Source: Eledone cirrhosa | Lineage: Eukaryota | Reading direction: 5' to 3' | DNA: 64,000 nucleotides | Assembly: GCA_964016885.1 (NCBI GenBank) | Contig: OZ024749.1 | Span: forward strand, 20,398,001 to 20,462,000 | Shown: positions 22,101-37,100 of the stretch, piece by piece | Position numbering within the stretch: the first letter of the stretch is position 1 | Layout: each line of letters begins with the position of its first letter | The notes under the pieces: generated by a model | Database searches by the model: none | Told to the model about the DNA's origin: nothing | The model's input: only the letters and a program-made list of their open reading frames with translations | Made by a program: the position numbers and the translations under genes

Positions 22101-25100
22101 TGGACTGTGACTGTTGACAGTACCGTGGACTATACCATACTGTGGTACCTACTTACAGCTAGGTGGACTGTGACTGTTGACAGTACGGTGGACTATACCA
22201 TACTGTGGTACCTACTTACAGCTAGGTGGACTGTGACTGTTGGCAGTACAGTGGACTGTGACTGTTGGCAGTACAGTGGACTATACCATACTGTGGTACC
22301 TACTTACAGCTAGGTGGACTGTGACTGTTGACAGTACAATGGACTATACCATACTGTGGTATCTACTTACAGCTAGGTGGACTGTGACTGTTGACAGTAC
22401 AGTGGACTATACCAGACTGTGGTACCTACTTACAGCTAGGTGGACTGTGACTGTTGACAGTACAGTGGACTATACCATACTGTTGTATCTACTTACAGCT
22501 AGGTGGACTGTGACTGTTGACAGTACAGTGGACTATACCAGACTGTGGTACCTACTTACAGCTAGGTGGACTGTGACTGTTGGCACAGTACAGTGGAATA
22601 TATCATACAGTGGTACCTACTTACAGCTAGGTGGACTGTGACTGTTGACATTACAGTGGACTATACCACACTGTGGTACCTACTTAAAGCTAGGTGGACT
22701 GCGACTGTTGGCACAGTACAGTGGACTATACCATACTGTGGTACCTACTTACAGCTAGGTGAACTGCGACTGTTGGCACAGTACAGTGGACTATATCAGA
22801 CTGTGGTACCTACTTACAGCTAGGTGGACTGTGACTGTTGACACCGTACAATGGACTATACCATACTGTGGTACCTACTTACAGCTAGGTGGACTGTGAC
22901 TGTTGACAGTACAGTGGACTATACCATACTGTGGTACCTACTTACAGCTAGGTGGACTGTGACTGTTGACATAGTACAGTGGACTATACCATACTGTGGT
23001 ACCTACTTACAGCTAGGTGGACTGTGACTGTTGACAGTACAGTGGACTATACCATACTGTGGTACCTACTTACAGCTAGGTGGACTGAGATGTTGACATA
23101 GTACAGTGGACTATACCAACTGTGGTACCTACTTACAGCTAGGTGGACTGTGACTGTTAAAATAGTACAGTGGACTATACCATACTGTGGTACCTACTTA
23201 CAGCTAGGTGGACTATACCACACTGTGGTACCTACTTACAGCTAGGTGGACTGTGACTGTTGACAGTACAGTGGACTATACCATACTGTGGTACCTACTT
23301 ACAGCTAGGTGGACTGTGACTGTTGGCACAGTACAGTGGACTATACCATACTGTGGTACCTACTTACAGCTAGGTGGACTGTGACTGTTGACAGTACAGT
23401 GGACTATACAATACTGTGGTACCTACTTACAGCTAGGTGGACTGTGACTGTTGACATAGTACAGTGGACTATACCATACTGTGGTAACTACTTACAGCTA
23501 GGTGGACTGAGTTGTTGACATAGTACAGTGGACGATACCATACTGTGGTACCTACTTACAGCAAGGTGGACTGTGACTGTTGACAGTACAGTGGACTATA
23601 CCATACTGTGGTGCCTACTTACAGCTAGGTGGACTGTGACTGTTGACATAGTACAGTGGACTATACCATACTGTGGTACCTACTTACAGCTAGGTGGACT
23701 GTGACTGTTGACAGTACAGTGAACTATACCATACTGTGGTACCTACTTACAGCTAGGTGGACTGTGACTGTTGACAGTACAGTGGACTATACCATACTGT
23801 GGTACCTACTTACAGATAGGTGGACTGTGACTGTTGACAGTACAGTGAACTATACTTTGGTACCTACTTACAGCTAGGTGGACTGTGACTGTTGACAGTA
23901 CAGTGGACTATACCATACTGTGGTACCTACTTACAGCTAGGTGGACTGTGACTGTTGACACAGTACAGTGGACTATACCATACTGTGGTGCCTACTTACA
24001 GCTAGGTGGACTGTGACTGTTGACAGTACAGTGGACTATACCATACTGTGGTGCCTACTTACAGCTAGGTGGACTGTGACTGTTGACATAGTACAGTGGA
24101 CTATACCATACTGTGGTACCTACTTACAGCTAGGTGGACTGTGACTGTTGACATAGTACAGTGGACTATACCATACTGTGGTACCCACTTACAGCTAGGT
24201 GGACTGTGACTGTTGACAGTACAGTGGACTATACCATACTGTAGTACCTACTTACAGCTAGGTGGACTGTGACTGTTGACATAGTACAGTGGACTATACC
24301 ATACTGTGGTAACTACTTACAGCTAGGTGGACTGAGCTGTTGACATAGTACAGTGGACTATACCATACTGTGGTTCCTACTTACAGCTAGGTGGACTGTG
24401 ACTGTTGACAGTACAGTGGACTATACCATACTGTGGTACCTACTTACAACTAGGTGGACTGTGACTGTTGACAGTACAGTGGACTATACCATACTGTGGT
24501 ACCTACTTACAGCTAGGTGGACTGTGACTGTTGACATAGTACAGTGGACTATACCAACTGTGGTACCTACTTACAGCTAGCTGGACTGTGACTGTTGACA
24601 GTACAGTGGACTATACCAGACTGTGGTACCTACTTACAGCTAGGTGGACTGTGACTGTTGACATAGTACAGTGGACTATACCATACTGTGGTACCTACAT
24701 ACAGCTATGTGGACTGTGACTGTTGACATAGTACAGTGGACTATACCATACTGTGGTACCTACTTACAGCTATGTGGACTGTGACTGTTGACATAGTACA
24801 GTGGACTATACCATACTGTGGTACTTACTTACAGCTAGGTAGACTGTGACTGTTGACAGTACAGTGGACTATACCATACTGTGGTACCTACTTACAGCTA
24901 GGAGAACTGTGACTGTTGGCACAGTACAGTGGACTATACCATACTGTGGTACCTACTTACAGCTAGGTGGACTGTGACTGTTGACAGTACAGTGGACTAT
25001 ACCATACTGTGGTGGCTACTTACAGCTAGGTGGACTGTGACTGTTGACAGTACAGTGGACTATACCATACTGTAGTACCTACTTACAGCTAGGTGGACCG

Positions 25101-28100
25101 TGACTGTTGACAGTACAGTGGACTATACCATACTGTGGTACCTACTGAGAGCTAGGTGGACTGAGATGTTGACATAGTACAGTGGACTATACCATACTGT
25201 GGTACCTACTTACAGCTAGGTGGACTGTGACTGTTGACAGTACAGTGGACTATACCATACTGTGGTGCCTACTTACAGCTAGGTGGACTGTGACTGTTGA
25301 CATAGTACAGTGGACTATACCATACTGTGGTACCTACTTACAGCTAGGTGGACTGTGACTGTTGACAGTACAGTGGACTATACCATACTGTGGTACCTAC
25401 TTACAGCTAGGTGGACTGTGACTGTTGACAGTACAGTGGACTATACCATACTGTGGTACCTACTTACAGCTAGGTGGACTGTGACTGTTGACAGTACAGT
25501 GGACTATACCATACTGTGGTACCTACTTACAGCTAGGTGGACTGTGACTGTTGACAGTACAGTGGACTATACCATACTGTGGTACCTACTTACAGCTAGG
25601 TGGACTGTGACTGTTGACACAGTACAGTGGACTATACCATACTGTGGTGCCTACTTACAGCTAGGTGGACTGTGACTGTTGACAGTACAGTGGACTATAC
25701 CATACTGTGGTACCTACTTACAGCTAGGTGGACTGTGACAGTTGACATAGTACAGTGGACTATACCATACTGTGGTACCTACTTACAGCTAGGTGGACTG
25801 TGACTGTTGACAGTACAGTGGACTATACCATACTGTGGTACCTACTTACAGCTAGGTGGACTGTGACTGTTGACATAGTACAGTGGACTATACCAGACTG
25901 TGGTAACTACTTACAGCTAGGTGGACTGAGCTGTTGACATAGTACAGTGGACTATACCATACTGTGGTACCTACTTACAGCTAGGTGGACTGTGACTGTT
26001 GACAGTACAGTGGACTATACCATACTGTGGTACCTACTTACAACTAGGTGGACTGTGACTGTTGACAGTACAGTGGACTATACCATACTGTGGTACCTAC
26101 TTACAGCTAGGTGGACTGTGACTGTTGACATAGTACAGTGGACTATACCAACTGTGGTACCTACTTACAGCTAGCTGGACTGAGCTGTTGACATAGTACA
26201 GTGGACTATACCATACTGTGGTACCTACTTACAGCTAGGTGGACTGTGACTGTTGACAGTACAGTGGACTATACCAGACTGTGGTACCTACTTACAGCTA
26301 GGTGGACTGTGACTGTTGACATAGTACAGTGGACTATACCATACTGTGGTACCTACTTACAGCTATGTGGACTGTGACTGTTGACATAGTACAGTGGACT
26401 ATACCATACTGTGGTACCTACTTACAGCTATGTGGACTGTGACTGTTGACAGTACAGTGGACTATACCATACTGTGGTACCTACTTACAGCTAGGTGGAC
26501 TGCGACTGTTGGCACAGTACAGTGGACTATATCAGACTGTGGTACCTACTTACAGCTAGGTGGACTGTGACTGTTGACACCGTACAGTGGACTATACCAT
26601 ACTGTGGTACCTACTTACAGCTAGGTGGACTGTGACTGTTGACAGTACAGTGGACTATACCATACTGTGGTACCTACTTACAACTAGGTGGACTGTGACT
26701 GTTGGCACAGTACAGTGGACTATACCATACTGTGGTACCTACTTACAGCTAGGTGGACTGTGACTGTTGACAGTACAGTGGACTATACCATACTGTGGTG
26801 CCTACTTACAGCTAGGTGGACTGTGACTGTTGACAGTACAGTGGACTATACCATACTGTAGTACCTACTTACAGCTAGGTGGACCGTGACTGTTGACAGT
26901 ACAGTGGACTATACCATACTGTGGTACCTACTGAGAGCTAGGTGGACTGAGATGTTGACATAGTACAGTGGACTATACCATACTGTGGTACCTACTTACA
27001 GCTAGGTGGACTGTGACTGTTGACAGTACAGTGGACTATACCATACTGTGGTGCCTACTTACAGCTAGGTGGACTGTGACTGTTGACATAGTACAGTGGA
27101 CTATACGATACAGTGGTACCTACTTACAGCTAGGTGGACTGTGACTGTTGACAGTACAGTGAACTATACCATACTGTGGTACCTACTTACAGCTAGGTGG
27201 ACTGTGACTGTTGACAGTACAGTGGACTATACCATACTGTGGTACCTACTTACAGCTAGGTGGACTGTGACTGTTGACAGTACAGTGGACTATACCATAC
27301 TGTGGTACCTACTTACAGCTAGGTGGACTGTGACTGTTGACATAGTACAGTGGACTATACCATACTGTGGTACCTACTTACAGCTAGGTGGACTGTGACT
27401 GTTGACAGTACAGTGGACTATACCATACTGTGGTACCTACTTACAGCTAGGTGGACTGTGACTTTTGACATAGTACAGTGGACTATACCATACTGTGGTA
27501 ACTACTTACAGCTAGGTGGACTGAGCTGTTGACATAGTACAGTGGACTATACCATACTGTGGTACCTACTTACAGCTAGGTGGACTGTGACTGTTGACAG
27601 TACAGTGGACTATACCATACTGTGGTACCTACTTACAGCTAGGTGGACTGTGACTGTTGACATAGTACAGTGGACTATACGATACGGTGGTACCTACTTA
27701 CAGCTATGTGGACTGTGACTGTTGACATAGTACAGTGGACTGAACCATACTGTGGTACCTACTTACAGCTAGGTGGACTGTGACTGTTGACATAGTACAG
27801 TGGACTATACCATACGGTATACCTACTTACAGCTAGGTGGACTGTGACTGTTGACAGTACAGTGGACTATACCATACTGTTGTATCTACTTACAGCTAGG
27901 TGGACTGTGACTGTTGACAGTACAGTGGACTATACCAGACTGTGGTACCTACTTACAGCTAGGTGGACTGTGACTGTTGGCACAGTACAGTGGAATATAT
28001 CATACAGTGGTACCTACTTACAGCTAGGTGGACTGTGACTGTTGACATAGTACAGTGGACTGAACCATACTGTGGTACCTACTTACAGCTAGGTGGACTG

Positions 28101-31100
28101 TGACTGTTGACATAGTACAGTGGACTATACCATACGGTATACCTACTTACAGCTAGGTGGACTGTGACTGTTGACAGTACAGTGGACTATACCATACTGT
28201 TGTATCTACTTACAGCTAGGTGGACTGTGACTGTTGACAGTACAGTGGACTATACCAGACTGTGGTACCTACTTACAGCTAGGTGGACTGTGACTGTTGG
28301 CACAGTACAGTGGAATATATCATACAGTGGTACCTACTTAAAGCTAGGTGGACTGCGACTGTTGGCACAGTACAGTGGACTATACCATACTGTGGTACCT
28401 ACTTACAGCTAGGTGGACTGTGACTGTTGACAGTACAGTGGACTATACCATACTGTGGTACCTACTTACAGCTAGGGGGACTGTGACTGTTGACATAGTA
28501 CTGTGGACTATACCATACTGTGGTACCTACTTACAGCCAGGTGGACTGAGCTGTTGACATAGTACAGTGGACTATACCAACTGTGGTACCTACTTACAGC
28601 TAGGTGGACTGTGACTGTTAAAATAGTACAGTGGACTATACCATACTGTGGTACCTACTTACAGCTAGGTGGACTATACCACACTGTGGTACCTACTTAC
28701 AGCTAGGTGGACTGTGACTGTTGACTATACCAGTTGACAGTACAGTGGACTATACCATACTGTGGTACCTACTTACAGCTAGGTGGACTGTGACCTTTGA
28801 CATTACAGTGGACTATACCACACTGTGGTACCTACTTAAAGCTAGGTGGACTGCGACTGTTGGCACAGTACAGTGGTCTATACCATACTGTGGTACCTAC
28901 TTACAGCTAGGTGGACTGTGACTGTTGACAGTACAGTGGACTATACCATACTGTGGTACCTACTTACAGCTAGGTGGACTGTGACTGTTGACAGTACAGT
29001 GGACTATACCATACTGTGGTACCTACTTACAGCTAGGTGGACTGTGACTGTTGACAGTACAGTGGACTATACCATACTGTGGTACCTACTTACAGCTAGG
29101 TGGACTGTGACTGTTGACACAGTACAGTGGACTATACCATACTGTGGTGCCTACTTACAGCTAGGTGGACTGTGACTGTTGACAGTACAGTGGACTATAC
29201 CATACTGTGGTACCTACTTACAGCTAGGTGGACTGTGACAGTTGACATAGTACAGTGGACTATACCATACTGTGGTACCTACTTACAGCTAGGTGGACTG
29301 TGACTGTTGACAGTACAGTGGACTATACCATACTGTGGTACCTACTTACAGCTAGGTGGACTGTGACTGTTGACATAGTACAGTGGACTATACCAGACTG
29401 TGGTAACTACTTACAGCTAGGTGGACTGAGCTGTTGACATAGTACAGTGGACTATACCATACTGTGGTACCTACTTACAGCTAGGTGGACTGTGACTGTT
29501 GACAGTACAGTGGACTATACCATACTGTGGTACCTACTTACAACTAGGTGGACTGTGACTGTTGACAATACAGTGGACTATACCATACTGTGGTACCTAC
29601 TTACAGCTAGGTGGACTGTGACTGTTGACATAGTACAGTGGACTATACCAACTGTGGTACCTACTTACAGCTAGCTGGACTGAGCTGTTGACATAGTACA
29701 GTGGACTATACCATACTGTGGTACCTACTTACAGCTAGGTGGACTGTGACTGTTGACAGTACAGTGGACTATACCAGACTGTGGTACCTACTTACAGCTA
29801 GGTGGACTGTGACTGTTGACATAGTACAGTGGACTATACCATACTGTGGTACCTACTTACAGCTATGTGGACTGTGACTGTTGACATAGTACAGTGGACT
29901 ATACCATACTGTGGTACCTACTTACAGCTATGTGGACTGTGACTGTGGACAGTACAGTGGACTATACCATACTGTGGTACCTACTTACAGCTAGGTGGAC
30001 TGCGACTGTTGGCACAGTACAGTGGACTATATCAGACTGTTGTACCTACTTACAGCTAGGTGGACTGTGACTGTTGACACCGTACAGTGGACTATACCAT
30101 ACTGTGGTACCTACTTACAGCTAGGTGGACTGTGACTGTTGACAGTACAGTGGACTATACCATACTGTGGTACCTACTTACAGCTAGGTGGACTGTGACT
30201 GTTGGCACAGTACAGTGGACTATACCATACTGTGGTACCTACTTACAGCTAGGTGAACTGTGACTGTTGACAGTACAGTGGACTATACCATACTGTGGTG
30301 CCTACTTACAGCTAGGTGGACTGTGACTGTTGACAGTACAGTGGACTATACCATACTGTAGTACCTACTTACAGCTAGGTGGACCGTGACTGTTAACAGT
30401 ACAGTGGACTATACCATACTGTGGTACCTACTGAGAGCTAGGTGGACTCAGATGTTGACATAGTACAGTGGACTATACCATACTGTGGTACCTACTTACA
30501 GCTAGGTAGACTGTGACTGTTGACAGTACAGTGGACTATACCATACTGTGGTGCCTACTTACAGCTAGGTGGACTGTGACTGTTGACATAGTACAGTGGA
30601 CTATACCATACTGTGGTACCTACTTACAGCTAGGTGGACTGTGACTGTTGACAGTACAGTGAACTATACCATAGTGTGGTACCTACTTACAGCTAGGTGG
30701 ACTGTGACTGTTGACAGTACAGTGGACTATACCATACTGTGGTACCTACTTACAGCTAGGTGGACTGTGACTGTTGACAGTACAGTGGACTATACCATAC
30801 TGTGGTACCTACTTACAGCTAGGTGGACTGTGACTGTTGACATAGTACAGTGGACTATACCATACTGTGGTACCTACTTACAGCTAGGTGGACTGTGACT
30901 GTTGACAGTACAGTGGACTATACCATACTGTGGTACCTACTTACAGCTAGGTGGACTGTGACTTTTGACATAGTACAGTGGACTATACCATACTGTGGTA
31001 ACTACTTACAGCTAGGTGGACTGAGCTGTTGACATAGTACAGTGGACTATACCATACTGTGGTACGTACTTACAGCTAGGTGGACTGTGACTGTTGACAG

Positions 31101-34100
31101 TACAGTGGACTATACCATACTGTGGTACCTACTTACAGCTAGGTGGACTGTGACTGTTGACATAGTACAGTGGACTATACGATACTGTGGTACCTACTTA
31201 CAGCTATGTGGACTGTGACTGTTGACATAGTACAGTGGACTGAACCATACTGTGGTACCTACTTACAGCTAGGTGGACTGTGACTGTTGACATAGTACAG
31301 TGGACTATACCATACGGTATACCTACTTACAGCTAGGTGGACTGTGACTGTTGACAGTACAGTGGACTATACCAGACTGTGGTACCTACTTACAGCTAGG
31401 TGGACTGTGACTGTTGACAGTACAGTGGACTATACCATACTGTTGTATCTACTTACAGCTAGGTGGACTGTGACTGTTGACAGTACAGTGGACTATACCA
31501 GACTGTGGTACCTACTTACAGCTAGGTGGACTGTGACTGTTGGCACAGTACAGTGGAATATATCATACAGTGGTACCTACTTACAGCTAGGTGGACTGTG
31601 ACTGTTGACATTACAGTGGACTATACCACACTGTGGTACCTACTTAAAGCTAGGTGGACTGCGACTGTTGGCACAGTACAGTGGACTATACCATACTGTG
31701 GTACCTACTTACAGCTAGGTGGACTGTGACTGTTGACAGTACAGTGGACTATACCATACTGTGGTACCTACTTACAGCTAGGGGGACTGTGACTGTTGAC
31801 ATAGTACTGTGGACTATACCATACTGTGGTACCTACTTACAGCCAGGTGGACTGAGCTGTTGACATAGTACAGTGGACTATACCAACTGTGGTACCTACT
31901 TACAGCTAGGTGGACTGTGACTGTTAAAATAGTACAGTGGACTATACCATACTGTGGTACCTACTTACAGCTAGGTGGACTATACCACACTGTGGTACCT
32001 ACTTACAGCTAGGTGGACTGTGACTGTTGACTATACCAGTTGACAGTACAGTGGACTATACCATACTGTGGTACCTACTTACAGCTAGGTGGACTGTGAC
32101 TGTTGACAGTACAATGGACTATACCATACTGTGGTATCTACTTAGAGCTAGGTGGACTGTGACTGTTGACAGTACAGTGGACTATACCAGACTGTGGTAC
32201 CTACTTACAGCTAGGTGGACTGTGACTGTTGACAGTACAGTGGACTATACCATACTGTTGTATCTACTTACAGCTAGGTGGACTGTGACTGTTGACAGTA
32301 CAGTGGACTATACCAGACTGTGGTACCTACTTACAGCTAGGTGGACTGTGACTTTTGACATAGTACAGTGGACTATACCATACTGTGGTAACTACTTACA
32401 GCTAGGTGGACTGAGCTGTTGACATAGTACAGTGGACTATACCATACTGTGGTACCTACTTACAGCTAGGTGGACTGTGACTGTTGACAGTACAGTGGAC
32501 TATACCATACTGTGGTACCTACTTACAGCTAGGTGGACTGTGACTGTTGACATAGTACAGTGGACTATACGATACTGTGGTACCTACTTACAGCTATGTG
32601 GACTGTGACTGTTGACATAGTACAGTGGACTGAACCATACTGTGGTACCTACTTACAGCTAGGTGGACTGTGACTGTTGACATAGTACAGTGGACTATAC
32701 CATACGGTATACCTACTTACAGCTAGGTGGACTGTGACTGTTGACAGTACAGTGGACTATACCAGACTGTGGTACCTACTTACAGCTAGGTGGACTGTGA
32801 CTGTTAACAGTACAGTGGACTATACCATACTGTTGTATCTACTTACAGCTAGGTGGACTGTGACTGTTGACAGTACAGTGGACTATACCAGACTGTGGTA
32901 CCTACTTACAGCAAGGTGGACTGTGACTGTTGGCACAGTACAGTGGAATATATCATACAGTGGTACCTACTTACAGCTAGGTGGACTGTGACTGTTGACA
33001 TTACAGTGGACTATACCACACTGTGGTACCTACTTAAAGCTAGGTGGACTGCGACTGTTGGCACAGTACAGTGGACTATACCATACTGTGGTACCTACTT
33101 ACAGCTAGGTGGACTGTGACTGTTGACAGTACAGTGGACTATACCATACTGTGGTACCTACTTACAGCTAGGGGGACTGTGACTGTTGACATAGTACTGT
33201 GGACTATACCATACTGTGGTACCTACTTACAGCCAGGTGGACTGAGCTGTTGACATAGTACAGTGGACTATACCAACTGTGGTACCTACTTACAGCTAGG
33301 TGGACTGTGACTGTTAAAATAGTACAGTGGACTATACCATACTGTGGTACCTACTTACAGCTAGGTGGACTATACCACACTGTAGTACCTACTTACAGCT
33401 AGGTGGACTGTGACTGTTGACTATACCAGTTGACAGTACAGTGGACTATACCATACTGTGGTACCTACTTACAGCTAGGTGGACTGTGACTGTTGACAGT
33501 ACAATGGACTATACCATACTGTGGTATCTACTTAGAGCTAGGTGGACTGTGACTGTTGACAGTACAGTGGACTATACCAGACTGTGGTACCTACTTACAG
33601 CTAGGTGGACTGTGACTGTTGACAGTACAGTGGACTATACCATACTGTTGTATCTACTTACAGCTAGGTGGACTGTGACTGTTGACAGTACAGTGGACTA
33701 TACCAGACTGTGGTACCTACTTACAGCTAGGTGGACTGTGACTGTTGGCACAGTACAGTGGAATATATCATACAGTGGTACCTACTTACAGCTAGGTGGA
33801 CTGTGACTGTTGGCATTACAGTGGACTATACCACACTGTGGTACCTACTTAAAGCTAGGTGGACTGCGACTGTTGGCACAGTACAGTGGTCTATACCATA
33901 CTGTGGTACCTACTTACAGCTAGGTGGACTGCGACTGTTGGCACAGTACAGTGCACTATATCAGACTGTGGTACCTACTTACAGCTAGGTGGACTGTGAC
34001 TGTTGACACCGTACAGTGGACTATACCATACTGTGGTACCTACTTACAGCTAGGTGGACTGTGACTGTTGACAGTACAGTGGACTATACCATACTGTGGT

Positions 34101-37100
34101 ACCTACTTACAGCTAGGTGAACTGTGACTGTTGGCACAGTACAGTGGACTATACCATACTGTGGTACCTACTTACAGCTAGGTGGACTGTGGCTGTTGAC
34201 AGTACAGTGGACTATACCATACTGTGGTGCCTACTTACAGCTAGGTGGACTGTGACTGTTGACAGTACAGTGGACTATACCATACTGTAGTACCTACTTA
34301 CAGCTAGGTGGACCGTGACTGTTGACAGTACAGTGGACTATACCATACTGTGGTACCTACTGACAGCTAGGTGGACTGAGATGTTGACATAGTACAGTGG
34401 ACTATACCATACTGTGGTACCTACTTACAGCTAGGTGGACTGTGACTGTTGACAGTACAGTGGACTATACCATACTGTGGTGCCTACTTACAGCTAGGTG
34501 GACTGTTACTGTTGACATAGTACAGTGGACTATACCATACTGTGGTACCTATTTACAGCTAGGTGGACTGTGACTGTTGACAGTACAGTGGACTATACCA
34601 TACTGTGGTACCTACTTACAGCTAGGTGGACTGTGACTGTTGACAGTACAGTGGACTATACCATACTGTGAACCTACTTACAGCTAGGTGGACTGTGACT
34701 GTTGACAGTACAGTGGACTATACCATACTGTGGTACCTACTTACAGCTAGGTGGACTGTGACTGTTGACAGTACAGTGGACTATACCATACTGTGGTACC
34801 TACTTACAGCTAGGTGGACTGTGACTGTTGACACAGTACAGTGGACTATACCATACTGTGGTGCCTACTTACAGCTAGGTGGACTGTGACTGTTGACAGT
34901 ACAATGGACTATACCATACTGTGGTGCCTACTTACAGCTAGGTGGACTGTGACTGTTGACATAGTACAGTGGACTATACCATACTGTGGTACCTACTTAC
35001 AGCTAGGTGGACTGTGACTGTTGACATAGTACAGTGGACTATGCCATACTGTGGTACCTACTTACAGCTAGGTGGACTGTGACTGTTGACAGTACAGTGG
35101 ACTATACCATACTGTGGTACCTACTTACAGCTAGGTGGACTGTGACTGTTGACATAGTACAGTGGACTATACCATACTGTGGTAACTACTTACAGCTAGG
35201 TGGACTGAGCTGTTGACATAGTACAGTGGACTATACAATACTGTGGTACCTACTTACAGCTAGGTGGACTGTGACTGTTGACAGTACAGTGGACTATACC
35301 ATACTGTGGTACCTACTTACAACTAGGTGGACTGTGACTGTTGACAGTACAGTGGACTATACCATACTGTGGTACCTACTTACAGCTAGGTGGACTGTGA
35401 CTGTTTACATAGTACAGTGGACTATACCAACTGTGGTACCTACTTACAGCTAGCTGGACTGAGCTGTTGACATAGTACAGTGGACTATACCATACTGTGG
35501 TACCTACTTACAGCTAGGTGGACTGTGACTGTTGACATTACAGTAGACTATACCACACTGTGGTACCTACTTAAAGCTAGGTGGACTGCGAGTGTTGGCA
35601 CAGTACAGTGGACTATACCATACTGTGGTACCTACTTACAGCTAGGTGGACTGCGACTGTTGGCACAGTACAGTGGACTATACCATACTGTGGTACCTAC
35701 TTACAGCTAGGTGGACTGTGACTGTTGACAGTACAGTGGACTATACCATACTGTGGTACCTACTTACAGCTAGGTGGACTGTGACTGTTGGCACAGTACA
35801 GTGGACTATACCATACTGTGGTACCTACTTACAGCTAGGTGGACTGTGACTGTTGACAGTACAGTGGACTATACCATACTGTGGTGCCTACTTACAGCTA
35901 GGTGGACTGTGACTGTTGACAGTACAGTGGACTATACCATACTGTAGTACCTACTTACAGCTAGGTGGACTGTGACTGTTGGCACAGTACAGTGAACTAT
36001 ACCATACTGTTGTACATTCTTACAGCTAGGTGGACTGTGACTGTTGACAGTACAGTGGACTATACCATACTGTGGTACCTACTTACAGCTAGGTGGACTG
36101 TGACTGTTGACAGTACAGTGGACTATACCACACTGTGGTACCTACTTAAAGCTAGGTGGACTGTGACTGTTGGCACAGTACAGTGGAATATATCATACAG
36201 TGGTACCTACTTACAGCTAGGTGGACTGTGACTGTTGACATTACAGTGGACTATACCACACTGTGGTACCTACTTAAAGCTAGGTGGACTGCGACTGTTG
36301 GCACAGTACAGTGGACTATACCATACTGTGGTACCTACTTACAGCTAGGTGGACTGTGACTGTTGACAGTACAGTGGACTATACCATACTGTGGTACCTA
36401 CTTACAGCTAGGGGGACTGTGACTGTTGACATAGTACTGTGGACTATACCATACTGTGGTACCTACTTACAGCCAGGTGGACTGAGCTGTTGACATAGTA
36501 CAGTGGACTATACCAACTGTGGTACCTACTTACAGCTAGGTGGACTGTGACTGTTGACAGTACAGTGGACTATACCATACTGTGAACCTACTTACAGCTA
36601 GGTGGACTGTGACTGTTGACAGTACAGTGGACTATACCATACTGTGGTACCTACTGAGAGCTAGGTGGACTGAGATGTTGACATAGTACAGTGGACTATA
36701 CCATACTGTGGTACCTACTTACAGCTAGGTGGACTGTGACTGTTGACAGTACAGTGGACTATACCATACTGTGGTGCCTACTTACAGCTAGGTGGACTGT
36801 GACTGTTGACATAGTACAGTGGACTATACCATACTGTGGTACCTACTTACAGCTAGGTGGACTGTGACTGTTGACAGTACAGTGAACTATACCATAGTGT
36901 GGTACCTACTTACAGCTAGGTGGACTGTGACTGTTGACAGTACAGTGGACTATACCATACTGTGGTACCTACTTACAGCTAGGTGGACTGTGACTGTTGA
37001 CAGTACAGTGGACTATACCATACTGTGGTACCTACTTACAGCTAGGTGGACTGTGACTGTTGACATAGTACAGTGGACTATACCATACTGTGGTACCTAC